This document shows, piece after piece, positions 62,801 through 64,000 of a stretch of DNA of 64,000 nucleotides. The first letter of the stretch is position 1. Every line of letters begins with the position of its first letter. The translations under genes and the position numbers were made by a program. Source of the DNA: Balanoglossus misakiensis. Its lineage: Eukaryota; Animalia; Hemichordata. Below the pieces are notes generated by a model. That model was not told the origin of the DNA and made no database searches. It saw only the letters and a program-made list of their open reading frames with translations. The stretch covers positions 11,067,337 to 11,131,336 of the forward strand of contig CM082586.2 in the NCBI GenBank assembly GCA_040954595.2. Reading direction: 5' to 3'.

Positions 62801-64000
62801 AAATCATGGGTGAAAATCATCAAAAAATGACAAATTTTTGACTTTGCACAATCTCAAAATTTCGTCAATTTTGAAAAAAATCATGGGTGAAAATCATCAA
62901 AAAATGACAAATTTTCGACTTTGCAAAATCTGAAAATTTCATCGATTTTTGAAAAAATCATGGGTGAAAATCATGAAAAAATGACAAATTTTTGACTTTG
63001 CACAATCTCAAAATTTCGTCGATTTTTGAAAAAAATCATGGGGAAAATGATCAAAAAATGACAAATTTTCGACTGCAAAATTTCAAAATTTCGTCAATTT
63101 TGAAAAAATCATGGGTGAAAATCATCAAAAAATGACAAATTTTCGACTGCAAAATCTCAAAATTTCGTCGATTTTTGAAAAAAAACGTGTGAAAATCATC
63201 AAAAAATGACAAATTTTCGACTGCAAAAACTCAAAATTTCGTCAATTTTGAAAAAAATCATGGGTGAAAATCATCAAAAAATGACAAATTTTCCTCTTTG
63301 CAAAATCTATAAATTTCGTCGATTTTTGAAAAATTTTCAACTTTGCAAAATCTCAAAATTTCGTCGATTTTTGAAAAAAATCATGGGGGAAAATCATCAA
63401 AAAATGACAAATTTTTGACTGAAAAATCTCAAATTTTCGTCGATTTTTTAAAAAAATTGTTGAAAATCATCAAAAAATTACAAATTTTTGACTTTGCAAA
63501 ATCTGAAAATTTCGTCGATTTTTGAGAAAAATCGGGTGAAAATCATCAAAAAATGACAAATTTTCGACTTTGCAAAATCTCAAATTTTCGTCGATTTTTG
63601 AAAAAAATCATGGGGGAAAATGATCAAAAAATGACAAATTTTCGATTGCAAAATTTCAAAATTTCGTCAATTTTGAAAAAATCATGGGTGAAAATCATCA
63701 AAAAATGACAAATTTTCGACTGCAAAAACTCAAAATTTCATCAATTTTGAAAAAAATCATGGGTGAAAATCATCAAAAAATGACAAATTTTCCTCTTTGC
63801 AAAATCTATAAATTTCGTCGATTTTTGAAAAATTTTCAACTTTGCAAAATCTCAAAATTTCGTCGATTTTTGAAAAAAATCATGGGGGAAAATCATCAAA
63901 AAATGACAAATTTTCGACTGCAAAATCTCAAAATTTCGTCGATTTTTGAAATAAATCATTGTTAAAAATTATCAAAAATTGACAAATTTTCGACTTTGCA
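59830..64000 (+). repeat. Right satellite domain containing more divergent monomers, duplicated at 2664-bp offset
   Basis: Variants AAATAAATCATTGTTAAAAATTATC, GACTTGTGAA, TGCACAATCT, ACGACTACAA and TTGAGAAAAATCGG. ORFs 60542/63206 and 61020/63684 both differ by 2664. Confidence 0.8.

Larger units (their letters stand above)
16029..64000 (+). repeat. 78-bp AT-rich tandem satellite array (>=48 kb, runs off the window); candidate centromeric/pericentromeric satellite
   Basis: Consensus CATGGGTGAAAATCATCAAAAAATGACAAATTTTCGACTTTGCAAAATCTCAAAATTTCGTCGATTTTTGAAAAAAAT (78 bp, 21 G+C). Head-to-tail in one orientation, with no non-satellite insertion seen. Length varies at A/T runs. Centromeric role is inference. 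Confidence 0.98.

Noticed and set aside
16079-63965. Many ORFs with repeating MGENHQKMTNFRLCKISKFRRFLKKI or FCKDENLSFFDDFHP peptides as a repeat-protein gene
   Set aside because: The monomer is 78 bp (26 codons) and stop-free in some frames by chance. A-run length changes shift the frame every few monomers (longest ORF 137 aa), showing no selection on reading frame.
16029-64000. CRISPR-like or cassette array
   Set aside because: There are no unique spacers; the whole unit is repeated. Context is eukaryotic (introns, LINEs) and no cas genes are present.

Overview
Eukaryotic (probably invertebrate animal) genomic DNA in two sharply separated parts. Bases 1-16028 are AT-rich sequence dense in decayed transposons. 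They hold an intron-containing hAT (C17orf113/ZNF862-like) transposase pseudogene and a ~5.4 kb Helentron/HINE-like element that contains an L2 LINE 3' end and a Proto2/RTE-group LINE fragment, the latter split by a TTAA-flanked Kolobok-type element. There are also several other TTAA-flanked MITEs, two 'double inverted-repeat' elements and one orphan low-complexity coding exon on the minus strand. Bases 16029-64000 are an uninterrupted, single-orientation ~78-bp satellite (27% GC, roughly 600-650 monomers) with closely spaced A/T tracts, internal dyads, recurrent deletion monomers and a nested duplication history (a ~12.6 kb unit tandemly duplicated, then expanded to ~20.3 kb). The ORFs across the satellite are artefacts of a 78-bp (26-codon) stop-free monomer. 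I see no intact novel protein-coding system. The best leads are the candidate centromeric satellite with its duplication history and abrupt edge, the nested TE stack, and the split inverted-repeat elements. All alignments and offsets were made by eye or from the ORF track, so boundaries are approximate unless a TSD or splice site defines them.
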